Shown here piece by piece: positions 16,839 through 26,223 of a stretch of 64,000 bases of DNA. Origin of the DNA: Candidatus Zhuqueibacterota bacterium (GTDB taxonomy: Bacteria > Zhuqueibacterota > Zhuqueibacteria > Oleimicrobiales > Geothermoviventaceae); contig JAPDPT010000009.1 in the NCBI GenBank assembly GCA_034506315.1, forward strand, positions 6,745 through 70,744, given 5' to 3'. The notes under the pieces were generated by a model. The model made no database searches. It had not been told where the DNA came from and saw only the letters and a program-made list of their open reading frames with translations. Positions within the stretch are counted from its first letter, which is position 1; every line of letters starts with the position of its first letter. Made by a program: the position numbers and the translations under genes.

Positions 16839-16936
16839 CCGGACCGGCCGGGGGGTGCCTCGCGGGCACGGCACAGTTGGTTCGCCCCGTCGACGGAAAG
16901 CTGGGAGAGTGGTTTCGCCCCGGAGCGAAGGGATCT

Positions 16937-18292
16937 ATGGTACTGGAAGAGAAAGTGGACGCCACCACCGGGCTAAGGACCCGCAGCATGTTGCTGAACA
17001 TGGGTCCTTCCCACCCCGCAATGCACGGCGTGATCCGGATCATCCTGGAACTGGACGGGGAGAAGGTGGTCGATGCCGATGTCGAGATCGGATATTTGCA
17101 CCGCGCTTTTGAGAAAGAGGCCGAGACGGTCCGCTGGCACCAGGTTTTCCCCTATACCGACCGTCTGAACTACGTTTCCCCGCTGATCAACAACGTCGGA
17201 TACGCGCTGGCGGTGGAGAAGCTCCTCAGCATTGACATTCCGGAACGGGCCAAGTACATCCGGGTGATCCTGTGCGAGCTGTCGCGAATCTTCGATCACC
17301 TCACCTGCATCGGCCCCATGGCCATGGAGATGGGGGCCATGACGGTCTTCCTCTACTGCATGAAGGCCAGGGAGTGGATCCAGGAGGTGATCGAGGACGT
17401 CACGGGCGCCCGGCTGACTGTGTCGTACTGCCGCATCGGTGGGGTGAAAGCCGATCTGCCGCCGGATTTTGCGGAAAAGACCCTCTCGGCCCTGCGGCGT
17501 GTGCTCGAGGTGGTGGACGAGGTCGACAAGCTTCTCACCCGCAACCGCATCTTCTACGATCGGACTAAGCACGTGGGAGTGATCACTCAGGAGGAGGCGA
17601 TCTCCTACGGATTCACGGGGCCGCTCCTTCGGGCCACCGGCATCGAATACGACGTCCGCAAGGCGCACCCGTACCTTGTGTACGACCGGATCGAGTTCGA
17701 GGTCCCCAGCGGGGCAAATGGCGATACCTACGATCGCTATCTTGTGCGGATTGAGGAGATCCGTCAGAGCGCCCGCATCGTGCGCCAGGCTCTGGAGCAG
17801 ATGCCCGCCGGTCCGGTGCACGTTGCCGAAGCGCCTGAGCTCGTCCCCGGCTGGCTGATGGTCGACAAGGCCAAGGTGGGTCAGACTTCCTCGCTTCTCA
17901 ACCGCCGGGCCGGGATCGATCCCACCCTTGACGGGAGCCAAAAAGACTTCGCGCCGTACATCAAAAGCCCTGATCGTCGGGTTAGCCTTCCGCCCAAGGA
18001 GGACACCTACGGGAACATCGAAGGCCTGATGAACCACTTCATGCTGATCATGGAAGGGAATGGGATTCGCCCGCCGGTAGGCGAGACCTATATGGCGGTG
18101 GAGGGGGCCAATGGTGAGCTGGGTTTCTACATCGTAAGCGATGGGACCGATCGCGCTTATCGCGTCCGGGTACGTCCACCCTGCTTTTATCTGATGCAAG
18201 CCCTTCCGCGGCTTATCCGCGGCCACATGGTGGCAGACGTCATCCCGATCTTCGGCTCCATCAACATGATTGCGGGAGAACAGGACCGATGA
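16937..18292 (+). CDS. nuoD: NADH-quinone oxidoreductase subunit D (with an ~45-aa internal insertion)
   Basis: NMGPSHPAMHGV, GYLHRAFEK, YTDRLNY, GELGFY and YRVRVRPP motifs. Confidence 0.96.
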   Translation: MVLEEKVDATTGLRTRSMLLNMGPSHPAMHGVIRIILELDGEKVVDADVEIGYLHRAFEKEAETVRWHQVFPYTDRLNYVSPLINNVGYALAVEKLLSIDIPERAKYIRVILCELSRIFDHLTCIGPMAMEMGAMTVFLYCMKAREWIQEVIEDVTGARLTVSYCRIGGVKADLPPDFAEKTLSALRRVLEVVDEVDKLLTRNRIFYDRTKHVGVITQEEAISYGFTGPLLRATGIEYDVRKAHPYLVYDRIEFEVPSGANGDTYDRYLVRIEEIRQSARIVRQALEQMPAGPVHVAEAPELVPGWLMVDKAKVGQTSSLLNRRAGIDPTLDGSQKDFAPYIKSPDRRVSLPPKEDTYGNIEGLMNHFMLIMEGNGIRPPVGETYMAVEGANGELGFYIVSDGTDRAYRVRVRPPCFYLMQALPRLIRGHMVADVIPIFGSINMIAGEQDR

Positions 18293-18762
18293 GCGTACCA
18301 CTGCCGGAGCCCGTTCGGAGCAGAGCCCAAGAGATCATCCGACGCTACCCTGAGAAACGGGCCGCTGTGATTCAGCTTCTGCATCTGCTGCAGGACGAGT
18401 TCGGTGCCATCGATCCTCGTCTGGAACGCATGGTGGCCGAACTGGCGGGGATTCCCCTGACCTTTGTTCGCCAGGTGGTGACCTTCTATACCATGTTCCG
18501 TACCCAGCCAGCGGGCAGGTACCACATCAAGGTCTGCCGCAGTATTTCCTGCCACCTGATGGGTGCCACCACCGTACTTGAGTACCTGCAGAAGAAGCTG
18601 GGGATCGAGGAGGGGCAGACCACGCCGGACGGTCGCTTCACGCTATCGACGGTGGAGTGCCTCGGGGCCTGCGAACTGGCCCCGATGATGCAGGTAAACG
18701 GGGACTTCTACGGTCCCCTGAACGAGCGAAAGATCGATGAGATTCTCGAACAGCTAAAGTAA
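18289..18762 (+). CDS. nuoE: NADH-quinone oxidoreductase subunit E
   Basis: VVTFYTMF; 2Fe-2S ligands CRSISC and ECLGAC. Confidence 0.95.
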   Translation: MSVPLPEPVRSRAQEIIRRYPEKRAAVIQLLHLLQDEFGAIDPRLERMVAELAGIPLTFVRQVVTFYTMFRTQPAGRYHIKVCRSISCHLMGATTVLEYLQKKLGIEEGQTTPDGRFTLSTVECLGACELAPMMQVNGDFYGPLNERKIDEILEQLK

Positions 18763-18766
18763 GCGC

Positions 18767-20059
18767 ATGGCACAGGTCAAGATCATCACGGAGTTGTTCG
18801 AGGTAGAGGGATCGCACCGCCTGGACGTGTACGAGCGCCACGGCGGCTATCAGGCGATCCGCAAGGTCCTCGCGGATTACAGCCCGGAGGCCGTGATCGA
18901 GGAGGTGAAGAGATCGCGTCTGCGCGGTCTCGGGGGGGCGGGGTTCCCTACAGGCCTCAAGTGGAGCTTTGTCCCCAAGCAGACGACGAAGCCGAAGTAC
19001 GTGGTGGTCAATGCGGACGAGGGGGAGCCTGGGACCTTCAAGGACCGCTACATCATGATGAATGTGCCCCACAACCTCCTCGAGGGGATTATGATTGCGG
19101 CCTACGCGATCGGGGCCCACACCGCCTTCATCTACCTCCGTGGCGAGTATGTTCGCCCCCGCCGGCGGCTGGAACAAGCCATTGCTGAAGCCTACGCCAA
19201 GGGCTACCTCGGGGAGAGTATCTTCGGTAGCGGCTACCGGCTGGATGTGTGGCTCCACTTGGGTGCGGGAGCTTATATCTGCGGCGAAGAGACAGCGCTC
19301 CTTGAGTCGCTGGAGGGCAAGAAGGGATGGCCGAGACTCAAACCGCCGTTCCCCGCAAGCGTGGGCGCGTTCGGATGCCCCACGATCGTGAACAACGTGG
19401 AGACGCTGTCGTACGTGCCCCACATCATCCGCCGCGGCGCGGAATGGTTTGCATCGCTGGGAACGGAGCGCTCCGGAGGAGCCCGCATCTTGTCCATCAG
19501 CGGCCACGTGCAGAGGCCCGGGATCTACGAAGTTAGCATGGATACCACCCTGCGCGAAGCGATCTTCGACTGCGCGGGCGGAATTCGCGAGGGCCGATCC
19601 CTGAAGGCCGTGATCCCTGGGGGGAGTTCGAGCCCAGTATTGCGGGCCAATGAGATCGACGTCCCGTGCTGCTTCGACGCTCTGGCGGCGGCCGGCTCGA
19701 TGGCTGGCTCCGGCGCGGTAATCGTGATGGACGACACCACCTGTATGTTCGATGCCCTGCGCAACATCGTCCACTTCTACGCCCACGAGTCCTGCGGCCA
19801 GTGTACGCCATGCCGCGTCGGGACGGGCTGGCTGCGGAGGATCATGGATCGCATCGCCGAAGGCCGGGGCATGCCCGGGGACGTGGACAACCTGTATTCC
19901 ATCGCCGCCGACATGCTGGGACGCACCATTTGTCCTCTCGGTGACGCCGCCGCGATGCCCGTAATGAGCTTCGTGGAGAAGTTTCGCGATGAGTTCGAGG
20001 AACATGTCCGCCACGGAGGCTGCGACCTTCAGGCGGTACGCCCGGTAAGGGCGAGCTGA
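18767..20059 (+). CDS. nuoF: NADH-quinone oxidoreductase subunit F
   Basis: GGAGFPTGLKW, NADEGEPGTFKDR, YICGEETAL, ESCGQCTPCRVG and TICPLG motifs. Confidence 0.97.
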   Translation: MAQVKIITELFEVEGSHRLDVYERHGGYQAIRKVLADYSPEAVIEEVKRSRLRGLGGAGFPTGLKWSFVPKQTTKPKYVVVNADEGEPGTFKDRYIMMNVPHNLLEGIMIAAYAIGAHTAFIYLRGEYVRPRRRLEQAIAEAYAKGYLGESIFGSGYRLDVWLHLGAGAYICGEETALLESLEGKKGWPRLKPPFPASVGAFGCPTIVNNVETLSYVPHIIRRGAEWFASLGTERSGGARILSISGHVQRPGIYEVSMDTTLREAIFDCAGGIREGRSLKAVIPGGSSSPVLRANEIDVPCCFDALAAAGSMAGSGAVIVMDDTTCMFDALRNIVHFYAHESCGQCTPCRVGTGWLRRIMDRIAEGRGMPGDVDNLYSIAADMLGRTICPLGDAAAMPVMSFVEKFRDEFEEHVRHGGCDLQAVRPVRAS

Positions 20060-20090
20060 ATCCGCGGAAGCTGGACGGAAGAGTCGCACG

Positions 20091-21713
20091 ATGCCAATCC
20101 TGACGATCGATGGGAAGACGATCGAAGTAGAGAAGGGAACCACGATTCTACAGGCGGCCCAGCGCCTGGGAATCGACATCCCCCACTATTGCTATCACCC
20201 AGGCTTGCGCATCGCGGGTAGCTGCCGCATGTGCCTGGTCGAAATCCAGGGGGTTCCCAAGCTGCAGATCGCCTGCTACACCGAAGCGACCGACGGGATG
20301 GTCGTCTTCACCCAGAGCGAGAAGGTGCAGCAGGCCCGCAGGGCGGTCCTGGAATTCCTCCTTGTCGACCACCCCCTGGACTGCCCCGTGTGCGATCAGG
20401 CTGGTGAGTGCTACCTGCAAATCTATTACATGCAGCACGGGCTGCACCCCAGCCGGGTCCGGGAAGACAAGCTCAAGCGGGCCAAGGTGAGGGTCCTGGG
20501 TGAGCACATCGTGCTCGATCAGGAACGGTGCATCCTGTGTTCTCGCTGTGTGCGCTTCACCGAAGAGGTCACGCGAACCTTCGAGCTGGGCATTTTCAAC
20601 CGGGGTGACCGATCGGTGGTGGATGTCTACCCAGGAGAGCAGTTGCGCAATCGCTATCAGGGGAACCTGGCGGACATCTGCCCTGTGGGCGCCCTGACGG
20701 ATCGGCAATTCCGGTTCCGAACCCGCGTGTGGTATCTGGACCAGGCCAAGTCGATCTGTCCCGGTTGCAGCCGCGGTTGCAACATCGTCGTGGACTTCAA
20801 CGTACGCCGCGGCTATAAAGCGGGAGGTCGCAGGATCCCCCGCATCCGGCCCCGGCCCAATCCCTGGGTGAATCAGTACTGGATGTGCGACGATGGGCGC
20901 TACGGCTTCGGCTGGGTAGAAGGGCTGGATCGGATCCTATCGCCCAAGCTCCTCGAAAATGGGCACCCGAGGGAGATCCCGTGGGCAGAGGCTATCCGGC
21001 TTGCCGGGGCGTGGATCGGAGAGGCGGCTCGAGAGAAAAAGCTCGGAGTGCTGCTGTCGCCGAGGATGTCCAACGAGGAGATCTACGCGGCAAGCTACGT
21101 TTTGCGTTCGCTGGGCGTCGGGAACGTGGGGTACTGGGCCGAGCCGGCCACACCGGGGGACGAAGATGACCTCTTGATTAAGGCCGACAAGAACCCGAAT
21201 ACGTACGGGGCCCGGCTCATCACCGGGGTGCCGCAAGAAGACCACTTAGCCAGAATGGTGGAGGCGCTGAGCTCGGGCGCCGTCGACACGGTTCTGATCT
21301 TCCTGCACAACCTCGAACAGGCCCGAGCGGGCCGGGCGGCTTTGGAGACCTTGCGTCGCGCCAAGCGCTTTGTCTTTGTGGGAACCAACTGGAACCGAAC
21401 GGCTGCCGCAGCCAGTCTGGTCCTGCCTGTCACCGCCTTCACGGAACAGGAGGGCACATTTACGAATTTCCAGGGCCGTGTGCAGCGTTTCTGGCAGGCC
21501 GTCGAACCCATGGGTCAGGCTCGGTCCGCCCTGAGCGTGCTCAACGAGCTTGCGGCGTCGTGGGGAATACCTCCCCTACCGGACAACGCCGCAGAGGCGT
21601 TCGCGCGGCTTGCAAGCGAGAACCGGGCGTTTGCGGGGCTGAGTTACGAAACTCTCGGTGACCAGGGCCAGACAGTGCGGGCCTCAGAAGAACCAGGGGT
21701 GGTTGGGCCCTGA
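20091..21713 (+). CDS. nuoG: NADH-quinone oxidoreductase subunit G (short, 540 aa)
   Basis: CYH..GSCRMC (N1b), HPLDCPVCDQAGEC (N5), CILCSRC..CPVG (N4), CPGCSRGC..WMC (N7-type). Confidence 0.92.
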   Translation: MPILTIDGKTIEVEKGTTILQAAQRLGIDIPHYCYHPGLRIAGSCRMCLVEIQGVPKLQIACYTEATDGMVVFTQSEKVQQARRAVLEFLLVDHPLDCPVCDQAGECYLQIYYMQHGLHPSRVREDKLKRAKVRVLGEHIVLDQERCILCSRCVRFTEEVTRTFELGIFNRGDRSVVDVYPGEQLRNRYQGNLADICPVGALTDRQFRFRTRVWYLDQAKSICPGCSRGCNIVVDFNVRRGYKAGGRRIPRIRPRPNPWVNQYWMCDDGRYGFGWVEGLDRILSPKLLENGHPREIPWAEAIRLAGAWIGEAAREKKLGVLLSPRMSNEEIYAASYVLRSLGVGNVGYWAEPATPGDEDDLLIKADKNPNTYGARLITGVPQEDHLARMVEALSSGAVDTVLIFLHNLEQARAGRAALETLRRAKRFVFVGTNWNRTAAAASLVLPVTAFTEQEGTFTNFQGRVQRFWQAVEPMGQARSALSVLNELAASWGIPPLPDNAAEAFARLASENRAFAGLSYETLGDQGQTVRASEEPGVVGP

Positions 21714-21809
21714 CGGGGCCTGGGGCGTCGCAGGTGCGGATGGGCAGGGAAGAGGCCTGCGGGAGACAGGTGGCGGGATTCCGAACGTAAGGGGCAAGGG
21801 TAACGAGGG

Positions 21810-22889
21810 ATGGTGCTTGAGGCCGTCATCGTATTGTTGAAAGCCGGGTTTATCATCACGGTGGCACTCACCTTTGGTGCGGTGTTGACGTGGGTGGAAC
21901 GGAAGCAGTCCGCCGTGATGCAGGACCGGATCGGGGCGAATCGTGCCGCGATCCTCGGGCTGCGCGTGATCGGACTCTTCCATATTCTGTCAGACGCCAT
22001 CAAGATGTTCACGAAGGAAGAGTTCACCCCTGCGCGCGGCGACAAGTTTCTGCACACCCTGGCGCCTGCCCTGAGCATCTTCTTCGCCTTGATGACCTTT
22101 GCGGCCATCCCATTCGGCGATACCCTACGCGTCGGAAACCGCGTGATCGATCTTCAGGTGGCCAATCTGAACGCCGCAGTCCTGTTTGTGTTCGCGATGG
22201 TGTCTCTCGGCGTGTACGGGGTGGTGCTTGGGGGATGGGCCTCCGAGAACAACTATTCGTTCCTCGGGGGGATGCGGGCCTCGGCCCAAATGATCTCCTA
22301 CGAGGTGACGCTTGGCGTGTCGGTCATCGGGGCCCTTTTGATCTACGGTACACTGAACCTGCAGGAGATGGTGCGGTACCAGGGGCACATGTACGCGGGG
22401 TGGATCCCGCGCTGGGGCATCCTTCTTCAGCCCTTGGGATTCCTTCTGTTCCTCGTCGCCGGCATTGCGGAAACCAAGCGGGTTCCCTTCGATCTTCCCG
22501 AAGGCGAGTCAGAGATCGTGGGCTACTGGGTCGAGTACTCGAGCATGAAGTGGGGGATGTACATGTTCACCGACTTCATCGAGATGACCCTGCTCTCGGC
22601 CATGGCCTCGACCCTGTTCCTCGGCGGCTGGCAGGTCCCGTGGCTTATGCCCGACGGTTTCCATTTTCCCTGGGCCACGGTACCATTGCCCCATCTTGCG
22701 GTTGTCGTGCTCCAGGTGGGTGCGTTCTTGCTGAAGGTGTCGTTTCTTCTCTGGCTGCAGATGCTCATCCGCTGGACATTGCCTCGGGTTCGCTATGATC
22801 AGCTTATGGCGATCACCTGGAAGTATCTGCTTCCCCTGTCCCTGCTGAATGTGATTCTGACAGCGGCTGTTCTGCTGGTCCTAAGGTAG
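21810..22889 (+). CDS. nuoH: NADH-quinone oxidoreductase subunit H
   Basis: ERKQSAVMQDRIG, DAIKMFTKE, QMISYE, ETKRVPFDLPEGESE and RVRYDQLM motifs. Confidence 0.97.
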   Translation: MVLEAVIVLLKAGFIITVALTFGAVLTWVERKQSAVMQDRIGANRAAILGLRVIGLFHILSDAIKMFTKEEFTPARGDKFLHTLAPALSIFFALMTFAAIPFGDTLRVGNRVIDLQVANLNAAVLFVFAMVSLGVYGVVLGGWASENNYSFLGGMRASAQMISYEVTLGVSVIGALLIYGTLNLQEMVRYQGHMYAGWIPRWGILLQPLGFLLFLVAGIAETKRVPFDLPEGESEIVGYWVEYSSMKWGMYMFTDFIEMTLLSAMASTLFLGGWQVPWLMPDGFHFPWATVPLPHLAVVVLQVGAFLLKVSFLLWLQMLIRWTLPRVRYDQLMAITWKYLLPLSLLNVILTAAVLLVLR

Positions 22890-22893
22890 AGCC

Positions 22894-23490
22894 ATGAGAA
22901 TACCGCAGTCCGAGCGAGAGCTGACCTGGTGGGAGAAGATCTATCTCCCGGAAGTCGTCCGGGGATTGGCCATTACGGGTCGCCATTTCTTCGTTAACCT
23001 GGCGCGCCACGTCCTCCACCTGCTCGGGTTCAACAAGGTTCCGAAGGGCGCGGTCACGTTCCAGTACCCCGAGGAGGTGCGACCGATTTCACCCCGGTTG
23101 CGGACCGTGCATCGCCTGGCTCGCCGTGCCGATGGAAGCCCTCGCTGCGTCGCCTGCATGATGTGCGAGACGGTTTGCCCCGCGAACTGCATCTCGATTG
23201 TGGGGGCCGAGCATCCGGATCCCAATATCGAAAAGTACCCCGTGCGGTTCGATATCGATCTCGGCAAGTGCGTCTTCTGCGGTTTCTGCGTAGAGGCCTG
23301 CCCCGAAGACGCGATCCGAATGGACACAGGTATCTACGACTTCGCTGCCTACACGCGGGAAGGGATGATCTTGACTCTCGAAACGCTTCTCTCCCTCGAG
23401 CCCGCCCCCTATGTGAAGGTCCCACCCCAAGACCGAGCTGCGGACCCGGGGCCGATCCACGCTAGGAAGGGGACGGTGGCACCGCTGTGA
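22894..23490 (+). CDS. nuoI: NADH-quinone oxidoreductase subunit I
   Basis: TFQYPEE; CVACMMCETVCP and CVFCGFCVEACP 4Fe-4S motifs. Confidence 0.96.
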   Translation: MRIPQSERELTWWEKIYLPEVVRGLAITGRHFFVNLARHVLHLLGFNKVPKGAVTFQYPEEVRPISPRLRTVHRLARRADGSPRCVACMMCETVCPANCISIVGAEHPDPNIEKYPVRFDIDLGKCVFCGFCVEACPEDAIRMDTGIYDFAAYTREGMILTLETLLSLEPAPYVKVPPQDRAADPGPIHARKGTVAPL

Positions 23491-23586
23491 CGTCGGAGCG
23501 TCCCAGGTGCTGCGGCCACACGGATCCGCAGGGCAAACAGGCTCACCTTGGGCGGTGGCCGTCGCCAAGCCATCTGAGAAGCTACC

Positions 23587-24264
23587 ATGGAAGAGCTGAA
23601 GGAGATACAGGTTCTTGATCGGGGCTTTGTGCGCCTTGTGGACTTCATGGGCGGCGACGAGGCGGTCGTACAGGCGGCGCGGGTGTCCACCGGTCAGGGA
23701 AGCAAAGGACCGGAGCGAGACCGCGCCCTGATCGATTACCTTCTCAGTCACCGTCACGAGACGCCTTTCGAGCACAGCGTTTTCAAGTTCCACGTGCGCT
23801 GCCCCATTTTCGTGGCCCGGCAATGGTTTCGCCATCGCATGGCCAGCTACAATGAGGTCTCCGGGCGCTACACCGAGCTGAAAGACGAATTTCACCTGCC
23901 GTCTGTGCTGCGCACGCAGGTTTCGAAAGATTACCGCTACGAGCCCCTGCCGGAGGAGAAGGTCGCTCCCCTTCTTCGCAAGATCTCCGAACACTACGAG
24001 AGTTCGTACCGGTTGTACCAGGAACTCCTGGAGGCGGGAGTGGCCCGGGAACAAGCCCGAATTGTACTCCCCCTCGCCCTGTACACCGAATTCTACTGGA
24101 CGGTGAACGCCCGCTCCCTCATGAACTTTCTGAGCCTGCGGGCCGAAGCGCACGCGCAGGAGGAGATCCGCGCCTACGCCAATGCCATCCTGGAGATCTT
24201 CCGCCAGAAAATGCCGTGGACCTACGAGGCCTTCATGAAATACTGGTTCAAGCCGGTCCTGTAG
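23587..24264 (+). CDS. thyX: FAD-dependent thymidylate synthase
   Basis: AARVS, HETPFEH, ThyX motif RHRx7S ([11 protein letters not shown]), HAQEEIR. Confidence 0.96.
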   Translation: MEELKEIQVLDRGFVRLVDFMGGDEAVVQAARVSTGQGSKGPERDRALIDYLLSHRHETPFEHSVFKFHVRCPIFVARQWFRHRMASYNEVSGRYTELKDEFHLPSVLRTQVSKDYRYEPLPEEKVAPLLRKISEHYESSYRLYQELLEAGVAREQARIVLPLALYTEFYWTVNARSLMNFLSLRAEAHAQEEIRAYANAILEIFRQKMPWTYEAFMKYWFKPVL

Positions 24265-24683
24265 AGAAAGCGCTTGGACGAGGCGCGTCTCTCGCCATCT
24301 GCCGGCGCGAGGGGAATAAACCGGCCGGGAGTAGGGTTCACGCTTCGTAGGGCGCAAGTGGTTTCGAAGCGGGGGGCAGGTGGGTCGAACTCCGGCTGAA
24401 GGCCGAGCGTGGAAATTTAGGCACCTTCCCCGACCCGCATCGGGCGGCGGGAGCGTCCGGCTCGCCGGCAGGGCGCCGAAAGGATCTTGGCCACGGCCAC
24501 TGTGTCCTCGCCCCCGGCTGCGACCGCGGAAACGGGCAGCAAGGAAAGGACGGATTTCTCCAGACGGAGGGCGGGGAGGGTTTGTCACGGGAGGCTGCGG
24601 TCCCTCTGCATTAGGGAAGGGGGCGAGTCGTGTGCTGTTTCTCGGGGTGTAGCTGCACGGTGTGCGTGGATGGGTGAAGACGG

Positions 24684-25571
24684 ATGAGGGATCAGGGGAA
24701 ATCTCCTCCAGCTGTTCCAGCGCGGCGACCACCATGGCTCAAGACGCGCATTCCCACGGGCGGGGAATTCGTGCGGGTTCGGGAGCTTGTAGAGCGGCAC
24801 GGTCTGCACACGGTTTGCCAAAGCGCCCGCTGCCCGAACATCGGGCACTGCTGGTCCCGCCGGACCGCCACGTTTATGATCCTAGGCAATGTGTGCACGC
24901 GGAGCTGTCGTTTCTGCGCAGTCGCGAAGGGGATTCCGCAGCCCGTCGACTTGGCGGAGCCGCGCCGGGTGGCCGAGGCGGTGCAAAAGCTGGGACTTCG
25001 CTACGCCGTGATTACCTCCGTCACCCGTGATGATCTGCCGGACGGCGGTGCCTCCTTGTTTGCGCAGACCATTCGGGAAATTCGGAAGCGCGTGCCCGAT
25101 TGTCGCGTGGAAGTATTGATTCCCGACTTCCGCGGTTCCCGCGACGCTCTCGAGTTAGTACTCGAGGCGAGGCCCGATGTACTGAACCACAATCTGGAAA
25201 CGGTGCCAAGCTTGTACTCGCTGGTCCGGCCCCAGGCGGACTACCGCCGCTCGCTGCAGGTTCTGGCATGGGCGCATCAAGCCGGCGTCGTCACCAAGTC
25301 GGGCCTGATGCTCGGGCTGGGCGAAACCCAGGAGGAAGTGAGGCAGGTCCTGTGGGACCTGAGGGACGCGGGCTGCACCATTCTTACTCTCGGACAATAT
25401 CTCCAGCCCTCCGCCCAGCATCTGCCGGTCCTGCGCTTCGTGCCTCCGGAGGAATTCTCGCTGTGGCGTCAGTGGGGGCTTTCCATCGGTTTCCGCCACG
25501 TGGAAGCAGGGCCCCTCGTTCGGAGCAGCTTCCACGCGGAGGAACAAGCCGGGCACCTGGCCGGATGTTGA
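24684..25571 (+). CDS. lipA: lipoyl synthase
   Basis: CQSARCPNIGHC (Cx4Cx5C), CTRSCRFC, ITSVTRDDL, NHNLETV and RSS motifs. Confidence 0.97.
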   Translation: MRDQGKSPPAVPARRPPWLKTRIPTGGEFVRVRELVERHGLHTVCQSARCPNIGHCWSRRTATFMILGNVCTRSCRFCAVAKGIPQPVDLAEPRRVAEAVQKLGLRYAVITSVTRDDLPDGGASLFAQTIREIRKRVPDCRVEVLIPDFRGSRDALELVLEARPDVLNHNLETVPSLYSLVRPQADYRRSLQVLAWAHQAGVVTKSGLMLGLGETQEEVRQVLWDLRDAGCTILTLGQYLQPSAQHLPVLRFVPPEEFSLWRQWGLSIGFRHVEAGPLVRSSFHAEEQAGHLAGC

Positions 25572-25634
25572 CAGCCTCGAGCTCGGGCAATTGGTCCGTC
25601 TCCGGTAGGACTGCGGGCAGAGGCGGGATCGAAT

Positions 25635-26132
25635 ATGGCGAACACGAGCTGCTCGAAGCGAGTAGCCGATTCCAAAGTGGTTACAGAGATCATAGCCTTC
25701 CCAAGCGATGCCAATACGAGAGGGGTCGTGTACGGGGGAAGGCTTCTGCACTGGGTGGATATGGTCGCCAGCCTGGTCGCCCGGAAGCACTGTGAGGGGC
25801 CCGTTGCCACCCTGCGGATTGAGTTCGACTTCCTGCAGCCGGTCCAGGTCGGGGATCACGTCCGATTCGTTGGGCTCGTGACGCGCGTCTTCCATCGATC
25901 CTTCGAGGTCCAGGTGGACGTGTACGCCGGCCAGGACTTCGGGACACAGGAGTCTCTGGCAGCCCGCGGATTCCTGGTTTTCTCGTGTCTCGACGAACAA
26001 GGGCGGCCGCGCGCTGCCCCCGAGCTTGTTCCGGAGAGCGAGGAGGAAAGGGCCCGCTGGGAGGAGGCCGGTAGACGGAGGGAATTGCGCGAGAGTCTCA
26101 GCGGAGCCGGTAACTCGCCGCGACAACCGTGA
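25635..26132 (+). CDS. acyl-CoA thioesterase (hotdog fold, YciA-like)
   Basis: FPSDANTRGVVYGGRLLHWVD, PVQVGD and FSCLDEQGRP motifs. Confidence 0.88.
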   Translation: MANTSCSKRVADSKVVTEIIAFPSDANTRGVVYGGRLLHWVDMVASLVARKHCEGPVATLRIEFDFLQPVQVGDHVRFVGLVTRVFHRSFEVQVDVYAGQDFGTQESLAARGFLVFSCLDEQGRPRAAPELVPESEEERARWEEAGRRRELRESLSGAGNSPRQP

Positions 26133-26223
26133 GGCCCAGCTCTGCCCTACCAGGTACGGTGCGACGTGTTCACCATCCGCGGACGACTTTTCCGCCCAGG
26201 GCGCGTGAAGACGAGGAGAGTCC

